Assembly: GCA_001600815.1 (NCBI GenBank) | Contig: BCKZ01000005.1 | Coordinates: 9,532 to 73,531 of the forward strand | Direction of reading: 5' to 3' | Length of the DNA stretch: 64,000 bases | Source of the DNA: Alloascoidea hylecoeti | Taxonomy: Eukaryota | In this document: piece after piece, positions 12,304-24,536 of the stretch | How the letters are laid out: each line of letters opens with the position of its first letter | Numbering within the stretch: position 1 is the first letter of the stretch | Position numbers and translations under genes: made by a program | The notes under the pieces: model-generated | The model's database searches: none | Told to the model about the DNA's origin: nothing | The model's input: only the letters and a program-made list of their open reading frames with translations

Positions 12304-14778
12304 ATGTCTGGCATACGAAGGGCAAAAATACGTCCTCCGAGAAAAGTATGTAGATGTCAAAACGAGTAAAACAACTCAGAACATTATATGAAACTAACTC
12401 CTTCCGGTAGAATCTGACAGCAGAGATCGACTTCCAGAAATCATGGGCCGTTTTATCATCTGCTATTAATGAAATTCAAAAGAAAAATGCCATAAATTTA
12501 TCTTTTGAAGAGCTTTATCGTAAGGCTTACAACCTGGTTCTTAGAAAACATGGGAAAGATTTATACATAAATGTCAAAACTCAAATTCAAGAGCATTTAC
12601 TCGAAATCCGGACTCGTAGATTGATTTCTTTAATAAGAGGCAGTACTGAATATAATTACAGGGTGGCCACAGAGTTCTTGAGAACATTGGGAGTTGAATG
12701 GGACGACCATATATTATCTATGAGAATGATAAGTGATGTTTTAATGTATTTGGTATGCTCTACGAGTCCTAGAATACTTCAAAATACTTTGAAAGTTTGT
12801 GAATTTTTATACTAACTACTTTTGATAGAATCGTGTCTATGTTAAAGAAGCACACGTTCCTCTTACATATGATGTTGGCCTTGCTTTATTCCGTGATTTC
12901 ATTATTAGATATCAAGACAATGAAATTGGCAAATACATAAACTTTGTTATAATAGAAGAGATCAAACGTGATAGGGATGGTGTTCCTGTTGACAAGCTAA
13001 CAATAAAGGCAATTATCAACATGTTGGAATCATTGCCTGATAATGTTGGAGACGAAGGAGACCTATTTTTAAGTTTCTTTGAACCTGAATTCTTAAGTGC
13101 TTCTGCAACATATTACTCAAATGCCGCTTCTCAATTATTACGAAAAATGGATGCTTCATTATATATCACAGCTGTTGATAGTTGGCTAAATGAAGAAGAA
13201 AATAGATGTGTTTTGTTTTTACCACCAACATCTTTAAGTAAACTAATAACAACGATCGAGGGGGTTTTAATTGCAGAACGAATCAATGAGGTCTTGGCAC
13301 TTCCTGGAACTGGTTTGAAATTCTGGATTGATAACAAAAAATTTGAACACATTAAACTTATATTTGATCTGTCTTCTCGAATTGATTCCGAGTTTGAGGC
13401 TTTAAGGACTCAATTCAGTGAAGTAATCAAACATGAAGGCGAGTCAATTAACAACATTCCTTTAAAACCAACAACGACTGTTGCAAATGGTAAACCTGCT
13501 AAAGGAGAATCAAAAGCTAAGACAGCATTAACTCATGCTGTTCAATGGATTGAGAGTGTAACACAACTTCGTGATTATTATGAGATTATTTTAAAGGATT
13601 GCTTATCCAATAATGCTGGTCTTCAACATTCTATTGAAAGTGCATTTGCACAATTCATGAATGCTAATGAAAAATGTGCTGAATTTCTTTCACTTTTCAT
13701 TGATGATAATATGAAAAAAAGTTTTAAAGGTAAAACAGAAGAAGAAATTGAACAAGTTCTTAATAAAGCAATTACATTATTTAAATATATTACAGATAAA
13801 GATTTATTTGAAAAATATTATAAAAATCATTTAGCAAAAAGATTATTAAATAGTAAATCAATATCCGATGATGCTGAAAGAAGTATGATTACAAAAATTA
13901 AAATGGAGGCTGGATCTGCATTTACATCAAAAATCGAAGGAATGTTCAGAGATATGAAATTATCAAGAGAAATTTCAAAAGAATTTAAATCACATTTAAT
14001 GAAGTCAGAAATTATAAATTTAATTGATCTTGATATTAGTGTTTTAACATCAACTTTTTGGCCAATGTCATCAAATAGTGAAACTGAAAAATGTCGATAT
14101 CCAGATGAATTGAAAACTGCAAAAGAGCTGTTTGAAAAATTCTATTTATCTCGTCATAATGGTAGAGCATTATCTTGGGTTCCGAATTTGGGTACTGTAG
14201 ATATGAAAATTAAATTCAAAAAGAGAACACATGAAATCAATATGCCAACTTATTCGGCCATCATTATGTTATTATTTCAAGGGTTGAATCCTAATCAAGG
14301 AATATCGGTTGAAGAAATCGAAGAAACTACAGGAATACCGAAATCAGATTTATTCCGTCAATTACAATCAATAGCAGTTGCACCTCGTACCAGATTATTA
14401 AAGAAAGAACCAATGTCTAAAGACATACAACCTGGTGACTGTTTCTATTTCAATAAAAACTTTGAATCTCCAATGACTCGGGTTAAAGTCTTAACAATAT
14501 CTTCAAGTAATCGAGTTGAAGATGATAAAGAACGGAAATCTACGATGGAAAAAGTTTTGAATTCTAGAAAATATGAGACAGATGCAGCCATTGTCCGTAT
14601 AATGAAAGCTCGAAAAGCATTAGTTCACAATGAGCTACTTACTGAAACCATAAAAATGTTAGCAGGAAGATTCCGACCACCGCCATCATTGATTAAAAAT
14701 AGGATAGAAACACTCTTAGAGAGAGAATATTTACAACGGGATCCTAACGATCGGAGTCTTTATAATTATTTAGCATAA
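12304..14778 (+). CDS. CUL3: Cullin-3, 3 exons
   Basis: LSFEELYRKAYNLVL, DKDLFEKYYKNHLAKRLL, neddylation motif AAIVRIMKARK, IETLLEREYL. Introns 12346-12410 and 12753-12828. Confidence 0.93.
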
Positions 14779-15075
14779 TTTTATTATTAATGAACAATAT
14801 TTATAATCAATTTCAAATATAAATGGAATATTTAAATTTCATTTAAAAGTTTTTATAATTAACAATGAATTTGAAGTAAATTTAAACCAAAATAAAACAT
14901 AATATTTTTTTTTTTAACTATTACCTATTATTATCCTTCTATGATAATCCTTAATTTAGAACAATGTATTTTTAACCAATAAAATAGTAAGAAAAAAAAA
15001 ATGGTATCAATGATTGGTATACATGTAATATATATAAGAATTTATGTACTCATAAATGTGGATGAATGTCTAGAA

Positions 15076-16120
15076 TTATAGATGCATGGATGCCCTCCGT
15101 TTCGTTTGATCTTTGAAGACTCTATCTCTCCTAAACTCTCTAAAAAATCTCTCTCGTTCACCCCTCCATAGCTCATCAATTCCCATCTTTTTGTACTCTT
15201 CGCGCATTATTCTGTGCCAACACGGCTGCATTTTCCATTCGTTTCCTTGACGGTCATGATGGAAATCCCGGTTCCGAAAGGCAGGAGATGGGCGTCCAAC
15301 AGACAAACATCTTTCTTTTAGTTTATTGATTACAGATTTATTAATTCCAGATAATTTTAATTTGCGGGCTGAAGTATTTGGGGTTTGAGGAATTTTTATA
15401 ATTTGTTTTAACGGCGTAGATGGGGTAGACGAGGCCGATGGGGTTCGGGTAAAGCCTAATGAAGATTTAGATCTATTCAGGCTTTGTGAACCTTTATTTC
15501 GATGGGAATGAACATTTTTAGCAGTTAGAGATTTCATAGTTTCGGTTAAAGATGAAGAACGAGGTCTTGCATAAGAGTAATAATTCGAAGATCTGATAAT
15601 GGAAGAATTCCTTCTTTCTCGTTGAGAAGGAGTTTCAGAATTCAAAAACGGTAATTCCAAACTTTCATCTTCATCATAATCAAAACTATTATCAATATCT
15701 GTAAGCATAACTGTTCTGTTTAGTTGTGCTGGAGAAACGGAATGTCTTCGTAGACGTTCTACTCTCTCTTCGTCTATTTTGCGGCGCCTGGTAGCATATG
15801 CTGCTCAACATAAAAGACACAGAGATTAGTTGAGACGATCATCGTTTTTCATTAAAAATTTAACAAATTTAAATATAAAAGTTCTCGAAAGCCCTGAAAC
15901 GAGCAGCGAGTTCTATGAAAAATCAATCAACGGGGGAAAAAGACAAATATAAATATATCTTACCAGCTTCAGAAGCTCTCCTGACTCTTTCACCCCTTTT
16001 AAACTGGAAGATTTCCTCTTGTAAATTTAAACTTGTTGGAACGGAGGGCAACATATGAGGATTTCGGATGAGGCGATCCATCACAGTCCCTGGAATGTCA
16101 TTTCCACGTATAATTGGCAT
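15076..16120 (-). CDS. Hypothetical Ser/Arg-rich protein (~293 aa), 2 exons
   Basis: ORFs 15923-16120 and 15076-15708 join in frame through intron 15801-15963 (GTAAGA..ACTAAT..CAG). No family recognised. Confidence 0.6.
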
Positions 16121-16312
16121 TTTAAAATAAAGAATATAATGTAAAGAAAAGAAGCGAAGAGGGAAATATATTTATAAAGGGAGGAAGAAGGCAAGCAAAC
16201 TTTAAAACATGACCTTCGCGGAACACGTGAACGGAAATATTTACACAATTTTTATATCGATATTGCTACATAAATGATAAATGATAATATTAATTAATAA
16301 GAATTTTACTAT

Positions 16313-18412
16313 TTAGACATCTGCCATGACTGGAAATTTTGGGGCTTTGTCCTTATCTGCGTCTATAATCTCATTACGGCCGTCTTCTTTTCCTGACCCT
16401 TTAACGACTGTATTTGTGGTCACTCTGGCTTTATTGAGCTTTTCTCCACGACCAAGTTGTTCCATCTCCTCTCTCGTTAATGTCTCGTATTCCAATAATC
16501 CTTGTGCTATCCGTTGTAAAACCACTCTTTTATCTGATAATAACTCTCTTGTCCTGTTCTCAGACTGTACAAGTAATCCCCTCACTTCTTGATCTGCCAT
16601 ATCTCTAATATTGGGAGACCAAGAATCCCATTCATCTGCTAACTGAACGGGACCAATTTTCTCGGACATTCCATACTGTGTAACCATCGCTCGTGCAACA
16701 TGGGTTGCACTCTGTAAATCGGAGGAACAACCACTCGTAGTGTTATCTTTCCCGTAGGTTAATTCTTCTGCAATCTTTCCTCCCATGCAAACGTCTAATC
16801 GCGCAATACATTCTCGTTTAGTTGTATCTATTTTATCCATTTCTGGTAGCTGAAATGTTACACCTAGCGCTCTACCACGTGGTAAGATGGTAGCTTTATA
16901 CAATGCGGTAGCACCTGGAGTAAACATTGCCATAACAGCATGTCCTGCCTCATGGTAAGCAGTGGCAGTTCTAGCGGCTTCGGTCATAACCATTGTTTTC
17001 CGTGCGGCTCCCATCAGAATTTTATCCTTGGCCCATTCTAAATGTGAATTATCCACGCAAACAGCATTTTGCTGGGATGCATAAATAGCGGCTTGATTAA
17101 CCAAATTCATTAGCTCGGCACCAGAAAGACCGGGTGTACCTCTTGCAATTATAGTTGGGTCGACATTTGGAGATACTTCAACATTCTTCATGTGATGTTT
17201 TAGGATTGCAGCTCTTCCACGAACATCGGGTAGATCCACATTAACTAGTTTGTCAAAACGACCCGGTCTAGTTAAAGCTTTATCCAAACTTTCAGGAAAA
17301 TTCGTAGCACCAATAATAATTATACCAGTCGTTTGAGAAAATCCATCTAATTCAACAAGTAACTGATTCAAAGTTTGTTTTGAATAGGCTTGATCACGAG
17401 GATTCCTTTTACCTCCAACGGCATCTAATTCATCAATGAAAACAATAGCTGGCGCTTTTGCACGAGCCGCGGCAAATAACTCTCGAACTCTTTTTGCACC
17501 AACACCTACATATAACTCATCAAACTCAGAACCTGACATGAAAAAAAATGGAACACCTGCTTCTCCAGCAACAGCTCTTGCTAACAAAGTTTTACCAGTT
17601 CCTGGTGGACCAGTTAATAAAACACCCTTTGGTAATTTACCTCCAAGTCCAGTGTATTTTGAAGGATCTTTTAAAAAATCAACAATTTCTTCCAATTCAG
17701 CTCTTGCTTCATCTACACCATGAACATCTGAAAATTTGACAGTTGATTCAGTGGTACTTTTTGTTTTGTCTGAAACGTCGGAATTCTTTATAATGGAACT
17801 ATTTTCAAGAAGGAACGCAGCACCATAAAAAATACCATAGGCAGCTAAAGCAACAGGCAAAAGAAATTTCAACCATTTAGAAGCCATGATCCAGGGAGAT
17901 TCCGTGACTATTACATGTATTGGATCAGATTTGGAACCACTTTGACCATTATAACCAAAGGAGTAGCCTGGAAGTAATTGTGAGTTAGCGTTGTTAATTG
18001 GAGATTTAATACCAGGCTGGTTTGGGTCTGAAGTTGATGCTTGTGCGAATCTGCGAGCAATGACTTCATCAGCTTTTTCCGTCTGGCCGGTCATCCTTAA
18101 AGCATTTGCGTAGTATCCCAAACACTCATCAGAGGAAGCAATACCAGGGGTTTCAAAACGGGAAACGACGATTTGTGGATATTTAGCTTCTAATAACGTT
18201 TTGTAAAATTCGGATTGTATTTTGCTATTTGATGGTTGTTTATTAGCAGCCTCTTCTTTTGCGGCAAGGGACGAAGTGGAGACGTTAATTGCCATTCGCC
18301 TAACCTGATGTTTTATTCTAGGAAGAAACACAGGCAACCTAGTCATCAGAGTGGCCATAGCAACCCGGGAGGGAGCCATCATACGGGGACGGAGTAGGAT
18401 AGGCGGAATCAT
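16313..18412 (-). CDS. YME1: Mitochondrial i-AAA metalloprotease Yme1 (FtsH family)
   Basis: Arg-rich presequence from MIPPILLRPR, TM helix, Walker A GPPGTGKT, Walker B VFIDELDA, SRH ALTRPGRFD, HEAGH zinc motif. Confidence 0.95.
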   Translation of the reverse strand: MIPPILLRPRMMAPSRVAMATLMTRLPVFLPRIKHQVRRMAINVSTSSLAAKEEAANKQPSNSKIQSEFYKTLLEAKYPQIVVSRFETPGIASSDECLGYYANALRMTGQTEKADEVIARRFAQASTSDPNQPGIKSPINNANSQLLPGYSFGYNGQSGSKSDPIHVIVTESPWIMASKWLKFLLPVALAAYGIFYGAAFLLENSSIIKNSDVSDKTKSTTESTVKFSDVHGVDEARAELEEIVDFLKDPSKYTGLGGKLPKGVLLTGPPGTGKTLLARAVAGEAGVPFFFMSGSEFDELYVGVGAKRVRELFAAARAKAPAIVFIDELDAVGGKRNPRDQAYSKQTLNQLLVELDGFSQTTGIIIIGATNFPESLDKALTRPGRFDKLVNVDLPDVRGRAAILKHHMKNVEVSPNVDPTIIARGTPGLSGAELMNLVNQAAIYASQQNAVCVDNSHLEWAKDKILMGAARKTMVMTEAARTATAYHEAGHAVMAMFTPGATALYKATILPRGRALGVTFQLPEMDKIDTTKRECIARLDVCMGGKIAEELTYGKDNTTSGCSSDLQSATHVARAMVTQYGMSEKIGPVQLADEWDSWSPNIRDMADQEVRGLLVQSENRTRELLSDKRVVLQRIAQGLLEYETLTREEMEQLGRGEKLNKARVTTNTVVKGSGKEDGRNEIIDADKDKAPKFPVMADV

Positions 18413-18588
18413 TCGGTGGCGATTGCAAGGTTTGTTTTGCAGTGAGCAGTTTAATTTGGAGTTTTGGAAGTGAGTTTTTGGAAAGAGGATAAGGAGGGTG
18501 TATGGGTGTTCTACCGGTTGTAGTAGAGTTTTACACCCGGACATACATTGAGTAATTGGAGATCTGTGATTGGACAGAAGGGGTTGGA

Positions 18589-18649
18589 GCGGAACCGGCG
18601 CCGGCACCGGCAGAGTTACTCATCTTTGATTTCTGAATATTATATAAAA
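18589..18649 (+). promoter_or_regulatory. LEU1 promoter: Leu3 site CCGGCACCGG (18601-18610), variant GCGGAACCGG (18589-18598), Gcn4-like TTACTCA (18616-18622), TATA (18641-18649)
   Basis: Exact CCG-N4-CGG everted repeat ~100 bp upstream of LEU1, as known for Leu3 targets. Confidence 0.75.
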
Positions 18650-18710
18650 ACTCTGCTTCTCCGCTAAAAAAGATATCAAATCATAAAATCTATTTATTCA
18701 TTATTCAAAA

Positions 18711-21077
18711 ATGTCTCAACCAAAAACTCTGTACGACAAAGTGTTTGAAGACCACATCGTTCATAAAGATGAATCTGGATCCTATCTTTTATACATTGAT
18801 AGACATTTGGTCCATGAAGTTACTTCTCCACAAGCTTTTGAAGGTCTAGAAAAGGCTGGCAGACCAGTAAGAAGAACTGATTGTACTTTAGCTACTGTTG
18901 ATCACAATATCCCAACAACATCGAGGAATTCCTACAAAAATATAAGTCAATTCATTAAGGAAAATGATTCAAGATTACAATGTTCTACTCTGGAAGATAA
19001 CGTGAAAAAATTTGGTGTTAAGTATTTTGGTCTTGATGACTCACGTCAAGGAATTGTCCACGTCGTTGGTCCAGAACAAGGTTTCACTTTACCGGGAACA
19101 ACTGTGGTTTGCGGTGATTCTCATACCTCAACGCATGGTGCTTTTGGTGCTCTTGCCTTTGGTATCGGTACTTCTGAGGTCGAACATGTCCTAGCTACCC
19201 AGACAATTATCCAAGCTAAATCGAAAAACATGAAAGTATTAGTTAATGGAAAATTAGCTCCCGGAATCACTTCAAAAGATTTAATCTTACATATTATCGG
19301 TGCAATTGGTACTGCTGGTGGAACTGGATGTGTCATGGAATTCTGCGGTGAAGCAATCTCGGACTTATCCATAGAAGCAAGAATGTCAATGTGCAACATG
19401 GCCATTGAAGGTGGTGCTAGAGCAGGTATGATTGCCCCAGATGATAAAGCATTTTCTTACTTAAAAGGTCGTCCATTGGCTCCAGCTGGTGCAGAATGGG
19501 ATAAAGCCGTATCTTACTGGAAAACTCTTCAATCAGATCCAGGTGCTCATTTCGATTATGAAGTCGTCATTGATGGTGCTAGTATTATTCCAACTGTTAC
19601 TTGGGGTAATTCTCCACAAGATGCTTTACCTATAACAGGTCGTGTTCCTGATCCTAAAAATGAGACCGATTCAGTGAAGAAGGAAGGTATTATCCGTGCT
19701 TTAAAATATCAAGGACTTGAACCAAACATGTTACTCACTGATATCACTATCGATCAAGTATTTATCGGTTCATGTACTAATTCAAGACTTGAAGATCTAA
19801 GAAATGCTGCTGCTATAGTTAAAGGTCGTAAAATAGCCTCTACTATTACTCGTGCAATGGTGGTTCCTGGATCAGGTCTAATCAAAATACAAGCTGAACA
19901 TGAAGGTTTAGATAAGATTTTCACTGATGCTGGTTTTGAATGGAGAGAAGCTGGTTGTTCAATGTGTTTAGGAATGAATCCTGATATTTTAAAGCCACAA
20001 GAAAGATGTGCTTCTACATCAAATAGAAACTTTGAAGGTCGTCAAGGTTATGCTAGTAGAACACATTTAGTAAGTCCAATTATGGCTGCTGCTGCTGCCA
20101 TCGATGGCCATTTAACTGATGCTAGAAAATACTTAAAACCTGATTCTCGTGCAAATTCCCCAAGGATTCAAGTAGCTTTGGATGATGAGATTGATAATGC
20201 AATTTTGGAACAACAGAAAGCTCCTCAATTAACACCATCAACAGCTTCTCAATACTTTGATGATGAAGTTAATGATATCCCACCTACAAATGATACTCCT
20301 TTAAAGGATGATGAAGTCCCAGTCGATATCAAGGAATCTTCTACAGCTCCTACTAATGCCTCCGAAAGGACAGGCATCCCAGTATTTACAGTAGAAACTG
20401 GTATTGCTGCCAATCTTGATCAAGCAAATATCGATACTGATGCTATTATTCCAAAACAATTTCTAAAAACAATTAAAAGAACAGGTTTAAGAGTTGGCCT
20501 TTTCTATGAAGGTCGTTTCAAAAAGAATGCAAAAGGTGAAGATGAAGAAACAGATTTTGTTTTAAACGTTGAACCATGGAGAAGTACAAAAATCTTAGTT
20601 GTAACAGGTCCAAATTTTGGTTGTGGTTCTTCCCGTGAACATGCACCATGGGCTTTAGCAGATTTTGGGATAAGAGCAATTATTGCCCCATCATTTGGTG
20701 ATATTTTTTATAATAATTCTTTTAAAAATGGTTTATTACCAATTAGAATATCACAAGAAGAAATTGTATCAAAACTTTCACCAGTTGCAAAAGCAGGAAA
20801 ACAATTATCAATTGATTTAGTTGAACAGAAAATTTTTGGACCAAATGGTGAAGAATTAATTGATCATTTTGATATTGAACAATTTAGAAAACATTGTCTT
20901 ATTAATGGTTTAGATGATATTGGACTTACTCTTAAAAAGGAAAAATATATTAAAGCTTATGAATTATTACGGAAAGATAAATTCAGCTTTTTAGAAGATC
21001 AATCTAAAAAATTAATGGTTGCTCCAGTTGTAGGGATAAAGAAAAGTATATATGGTGTTAAGGCACAGGAATGGTAA
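18711..21077 (+). CDS. LEU1: 3-isopropylmalate dehydratase (fused large+small subunit)
   Basis: [58 protein letters not shown]. Confidence 0.97.
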   Translation: MSQPKTLYDKVFEDHIVHKDESGSYLLYIDRHLVHEVTSPQAFEGLEKAGRPVRRTDCTLATVDHNIPTTSRNSYKNISQFIKENDSRLQCSTLEDNVKKFGVKYFGLDDSRQGIVHVVGPEQGFTLPGTTVVCGDSHTSTHGAFGALAFGIGTSEVEHVLATQTIIQAKSKNMKVLVNGKLAPGITSKDLILHIIGAIGTAGGTGCVMEFCGEAISDLSIEARMSMCNMAIEGGARAGMIAPDDKAFSYLKGRPLAPAGAEWDKAVSYWKTLQSDPGAHFDYEVVIDGASIIPTVTWGNSPQDALPITGRVPDPKNETDSVKKEGIIRALKYQGLEPNMLLTDITIDQVFIGSCTNSRLEDLRNAAAIVKGRKIASTITRAMVVPGSGLIKIQAEHEGLDKIFTDAGFEWREAGCSMCLGMNPDILKPQERCASTSNRNFEGRQGYASRTHLVSPIMAAAAAIDGHLTDARKYLKPDSRANSPRIQVALDDEIDNAILEQQKAPQLTPSTASQYFDDEVNDIPPTNDTPLKDDEVPVDIKESSTAPTNASERTGIPVFTVETGIAANLDQANIDTDAIIPKQFLKTIKRTGLRVGLFYEGRFKKNAKGEDEETDFVLNVEPWRSTKILVVTGPNFGCGSSREHAPWALADFGIRAIIAPSFGDIFYNNSFKNGLLPIRISQEEIVSKLSPVAKAGKQLSIDLVEQKIFGPNGEELIDHFDIEQFRKHCLINGLDDIGLTLKKEKYIKAYELLRKDKFSFLEDQSKKLMVAPVVGIKKSIYGVKAQEW

Positions 21078-21316
21078 AATAGACAGTACTCTTAGTATAT
21101 GGGTATATAAACAATATTAGTAATTAGGCATAGTGTAGTTATAATGGATTCATGAACATAAAATATCTACTATATGGGAAAGTATTAATTAATTTTTGTA
21201 AAAGCTATATAAATATATTCAAGGTGTATTTACTATTTAACAAAAATGGAAAATGAAGTCAATAAAGAAACTAAGGAGGATAAGTTATCATCATCTATTA
21301 TCTTTTAAGTTACTAT

Positions 21317-24300
21317 TTAAAATCCAAATGGATTATTCGCTGTAGCTGCCGCCAAATTTGCACGACGTCCAGTTGGTGTAGGTTGAAGGGTTGAAGCAGT
21401 ACCAAAACTAACTGGTGGTGGTGGTCCTGTCTTTTGTGGTGCTAAAATACCTCCATCATAAGATGGTTGTTGAGAGGGATAAGCTTGTAATGGGTTTGTT
21501 GGCATAAAACCAGGATTTGACCCAAAACCAAGACCTGTAGGTTGAGAATTAAGAGGTGCAGGGAATGAAATTGGTCTTGATTGCATACTAGAAAATATAT
21601 CCGTTTGAGCCTGAGGTTGTCCAAAACCTGTTGGTTGTTGTTGGAATCCAGTTGGCTGTTGTTGAAATCCAGTTGGCTGTTGTTGAAATCCAGTTGGTTG
21701 TTGTTGGAATCCAGTTGTTTGTGGAAATCCAGTTGTTTGTGGAAATCCAGTAGTCTGTGGAAATCCAGTTGTTTGAGGTAATCCAGTAGTGGTCTGTGGG
21801 AAGCCAGTAGTGGTCTGTTGTTGGAAGCCAGTTGCTTGAGGTTGAAACCCCGTAGCAAAGGATTGTTGTTGTTGTGTTGGCGGATATAAATTACTTGGAC
21901 CTCCAGTCAAGAAAGGATTAGCCGTATTTTGAATTGGCATTTGTCCCGTTTGGGTAGGAACCACTGATGTATACTGAGGAGGTAACTGAACAACGGTTGG
22001 TTGCATTGGAATAACAGGTTGTAAAATAGTAATTGTATTTGATCTTTGATAACTATTACCACCATTTCCAGTTGGTTGAGATTGAACTTGTTGAGATGCT
22101 GCTGTTTGTGTCGGTTGTAAAGGTTTTGTATTTATGAATTTTTCTAGTTCAGATAATGAATCATATGGTTGAGCAGGTTGAGCGGGTTGTACCGGAGCAG
22201 ATGGTGGAGCAGCTTGCACTGGAGCAGAAACAGGAACAGGAACAGGGGCAGGAGGTGGTGTAGGATTAGCAGGTGTTTCTACTGATTTAACAGGATCAAC
22301 CGTCCAAACATCATCATCAAAATCATCTTTTGTATCCCCATTTGATGAAAAACGAGGTAATGATAATTCTTCTTTTGATTTTGATCTATTATTTTTTAAT
22401 TCACCACCAGGACCAGAAAATAAGCCACCACCTGAATCATCACCATTTGTTTCTTGTCTAACTCTATTGTATTTATTATCAAGATATTTATTAACACGTA
22501 AGATATCACCTTCTCTTAAACTTAATGTTCTTAAAATACTTGCATCTAAATCTGGTAATGTAGATTCATCAATTTCTTCCCTTTCAAAAGTATTTGCATA
22601 TCGTTGACAATTATTAACATCAACACCACAAGCCAAAAAGAATTGAAAGAAATCATATTGATTTTTAGAAGATGATTGACGAGAACTACTAGGTCTAGAA
22701 GCTGAAGATAGTTTAACAGGACTTAAAGATCTGGCAGGAACTTTATTAGCCAACGGTTTATAAGCATCTAAAGACATTCCAGTAACTCTTTCTACATAAT
22801 CAAGATCTTCAGGTGATAATTTTGTTGCTTGAACCGCAATTTTAACACCATTTTCTTTATGTAAGTGAATCTTACCATCAACACAACCTAAAAATTCAGC
22901 ATCGACTTTAAAAGCAGCAGATCTATCAACCCATGTTCGTAACTTATGAGGGTTTGGTTTGGGTTTTTCTTGGCGACGTTTGTCACGTTCACTATGTCGT
23001 TTATTTCTTTCTTTTTCCTTTTCTCTAGCTCTTTCTCTTTCTTTTGCTTTTTCTCTCTCTCTTTCTCTTTCCCTTTTTTTCTCACGATCCATAGATTCTC
23101 GTTTTTCTTTTTCTTTTTTATTTGAAGATTTACTAAAAGCAGACTTATGTTTTTTAGGTGTCATAACAATATCAGGAATAACATCAATATAAGAACTCGG
23201 AACAATACCCTTTTCACCTAAAGAATTCCTTACTAACCACCAATCTTTACTTTTAGCATCATCTAAGATATAAACGGTTTCACCTTCAGAAACAGTAACT
23301 TCATCAACACTTTGTGGGAAAAAATTATATAAAACTTTACCAGTTTTAGTGCCAGCAGAAGAAGCAGCAGCTAAAACTTCTCTTAAACCACGAGATGATA
23401 GTGCACCTACTAAATCACCCAAAGTACCAACAATTTCACGTGCAGTATCTTTTGTACCAGCATAAATTTCTAAAGAAGACATTGGATTTTCTAATTCTAA
23501 GAAGACGTGTTTTTTTTCAGAACTATAATGTAATAAGTTTTTCAAATCCCATTTTTGAGATCTTTCTGAATTATCATGAGAAAAGTAAATAGTTGTATTA
23601 TCAACACCTAAAGTCGCTTTTTTCTTTTTTTTACCTTCAATTTCAGCTACAGACCATTTAAAAAGACTTGAATTGATATTTGATGATGAATTTGGATTAG
23701 ATTGTGGCGGTGGTCGTGCTGGAGGTTGTTTTTGTCTTTGCGGTGTAATCGGAGAATCGCCTTCTTGAGGTCTTGAAGGAAGTGGGGGTTTATCTTCATC
23801 TTCATCGTCATCGTCATCGTCATCGTCATATTGATTAGCAGACCGATAACTATCCCTACTAGATATGTTCAAGTTACTCAACTGTGTCTGCACAGGAGGT
23901 TGTTGGAAAGTTTGAGGTTTGGGAAGAGCCGGAGGTTGAATAGGATGAATCGGAGCTTGATTAGCAATAGGATGGATATCAATGTAGTTTGAAGGAGCGA
24001 ATCCGAAATCCGTGTCTTTGTAACCAACCAGAATCCAATCTGGATCGTTAGAGTCATAAACATCAAAAGAATCGCCTTCTTTGAAACTTAATTCTTCTTC
24101 AGTTTGCCTGTCATAATCGTAAAGAGCGGTGGCAGTGGCAACAGCAGGGGCCTATTAACAACAGTTAGCATACAGATCAGAGAGAAAATTCAAAGCAAAA
24201 GACGTGCCTTTTCGATGTAGTTGTTTGGAACGATTCCTGAGGGTTCTTCCTGTTCCGCACCCAGCACCCGTTTCTTGACGGACCACCAGTTGTCGGGAGC

Positions 24301-24411
24301 CGAACTGTCCAGTAAATACAACAAGTCTCCTTCTTTGATGGACAGCTCCTGGTCCGACTGGGCTGCGTAGTCGAACAGAGCGGTGTAGACACCTTGAAAC
24401 AGCGACGGCAT
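21317..24411 (-). CDS. SLA1: Endocytic adaptor Sla1 (3 SH3, SHD1, SHD2, C-terminal TGF repeats), 2 exons
   Basis: SH3 motifs ALFDY..W..GIVPNNYI; SHD1 RTWVDRSAAFKVDAEFLG; SHD2 LREGDILRV; ends RANLAAATANNPFGF. GC-AG intron 24152-24207. Confidence 0.93.
21630..21850 (-). repeat. Coding minisatellite in SLA1 (18-bp PQTTGF and 21-bp QQQPTGF units)
   Basis: Tandem units such as TGTTGAAATCCAGTTGGCTGT and GTGGAAATCCAGTTGTTT on +. Confidence 0.85.
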
Positions 24412-24536
24412 GGTGGAGATGGAGACAGAAGAATCTGAAGAGTGGAGTATAAAACTGTTAATTACTTCCAACCACCTCCGTATTTCATATCCATATCTTG
24501 TTTCCATACACTAAATATCCATAAATATACGGGACA

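Noticed and set aside
18413..18607. N-terminal extension of YME1 in the ORF track
   Set aside because: It starts at a non-ATG codon and runs through the LEU1 promoter elements; the presequence-like region begins at ATG 18412.
16326..23829. Antisense and alternate-frame ORFs overlapping YME1, LEU1 and SLA1 (also MCM4, PP1 and others)
   Set aside because: Shadow ORFs of well-supported genes or of their coding repeats.
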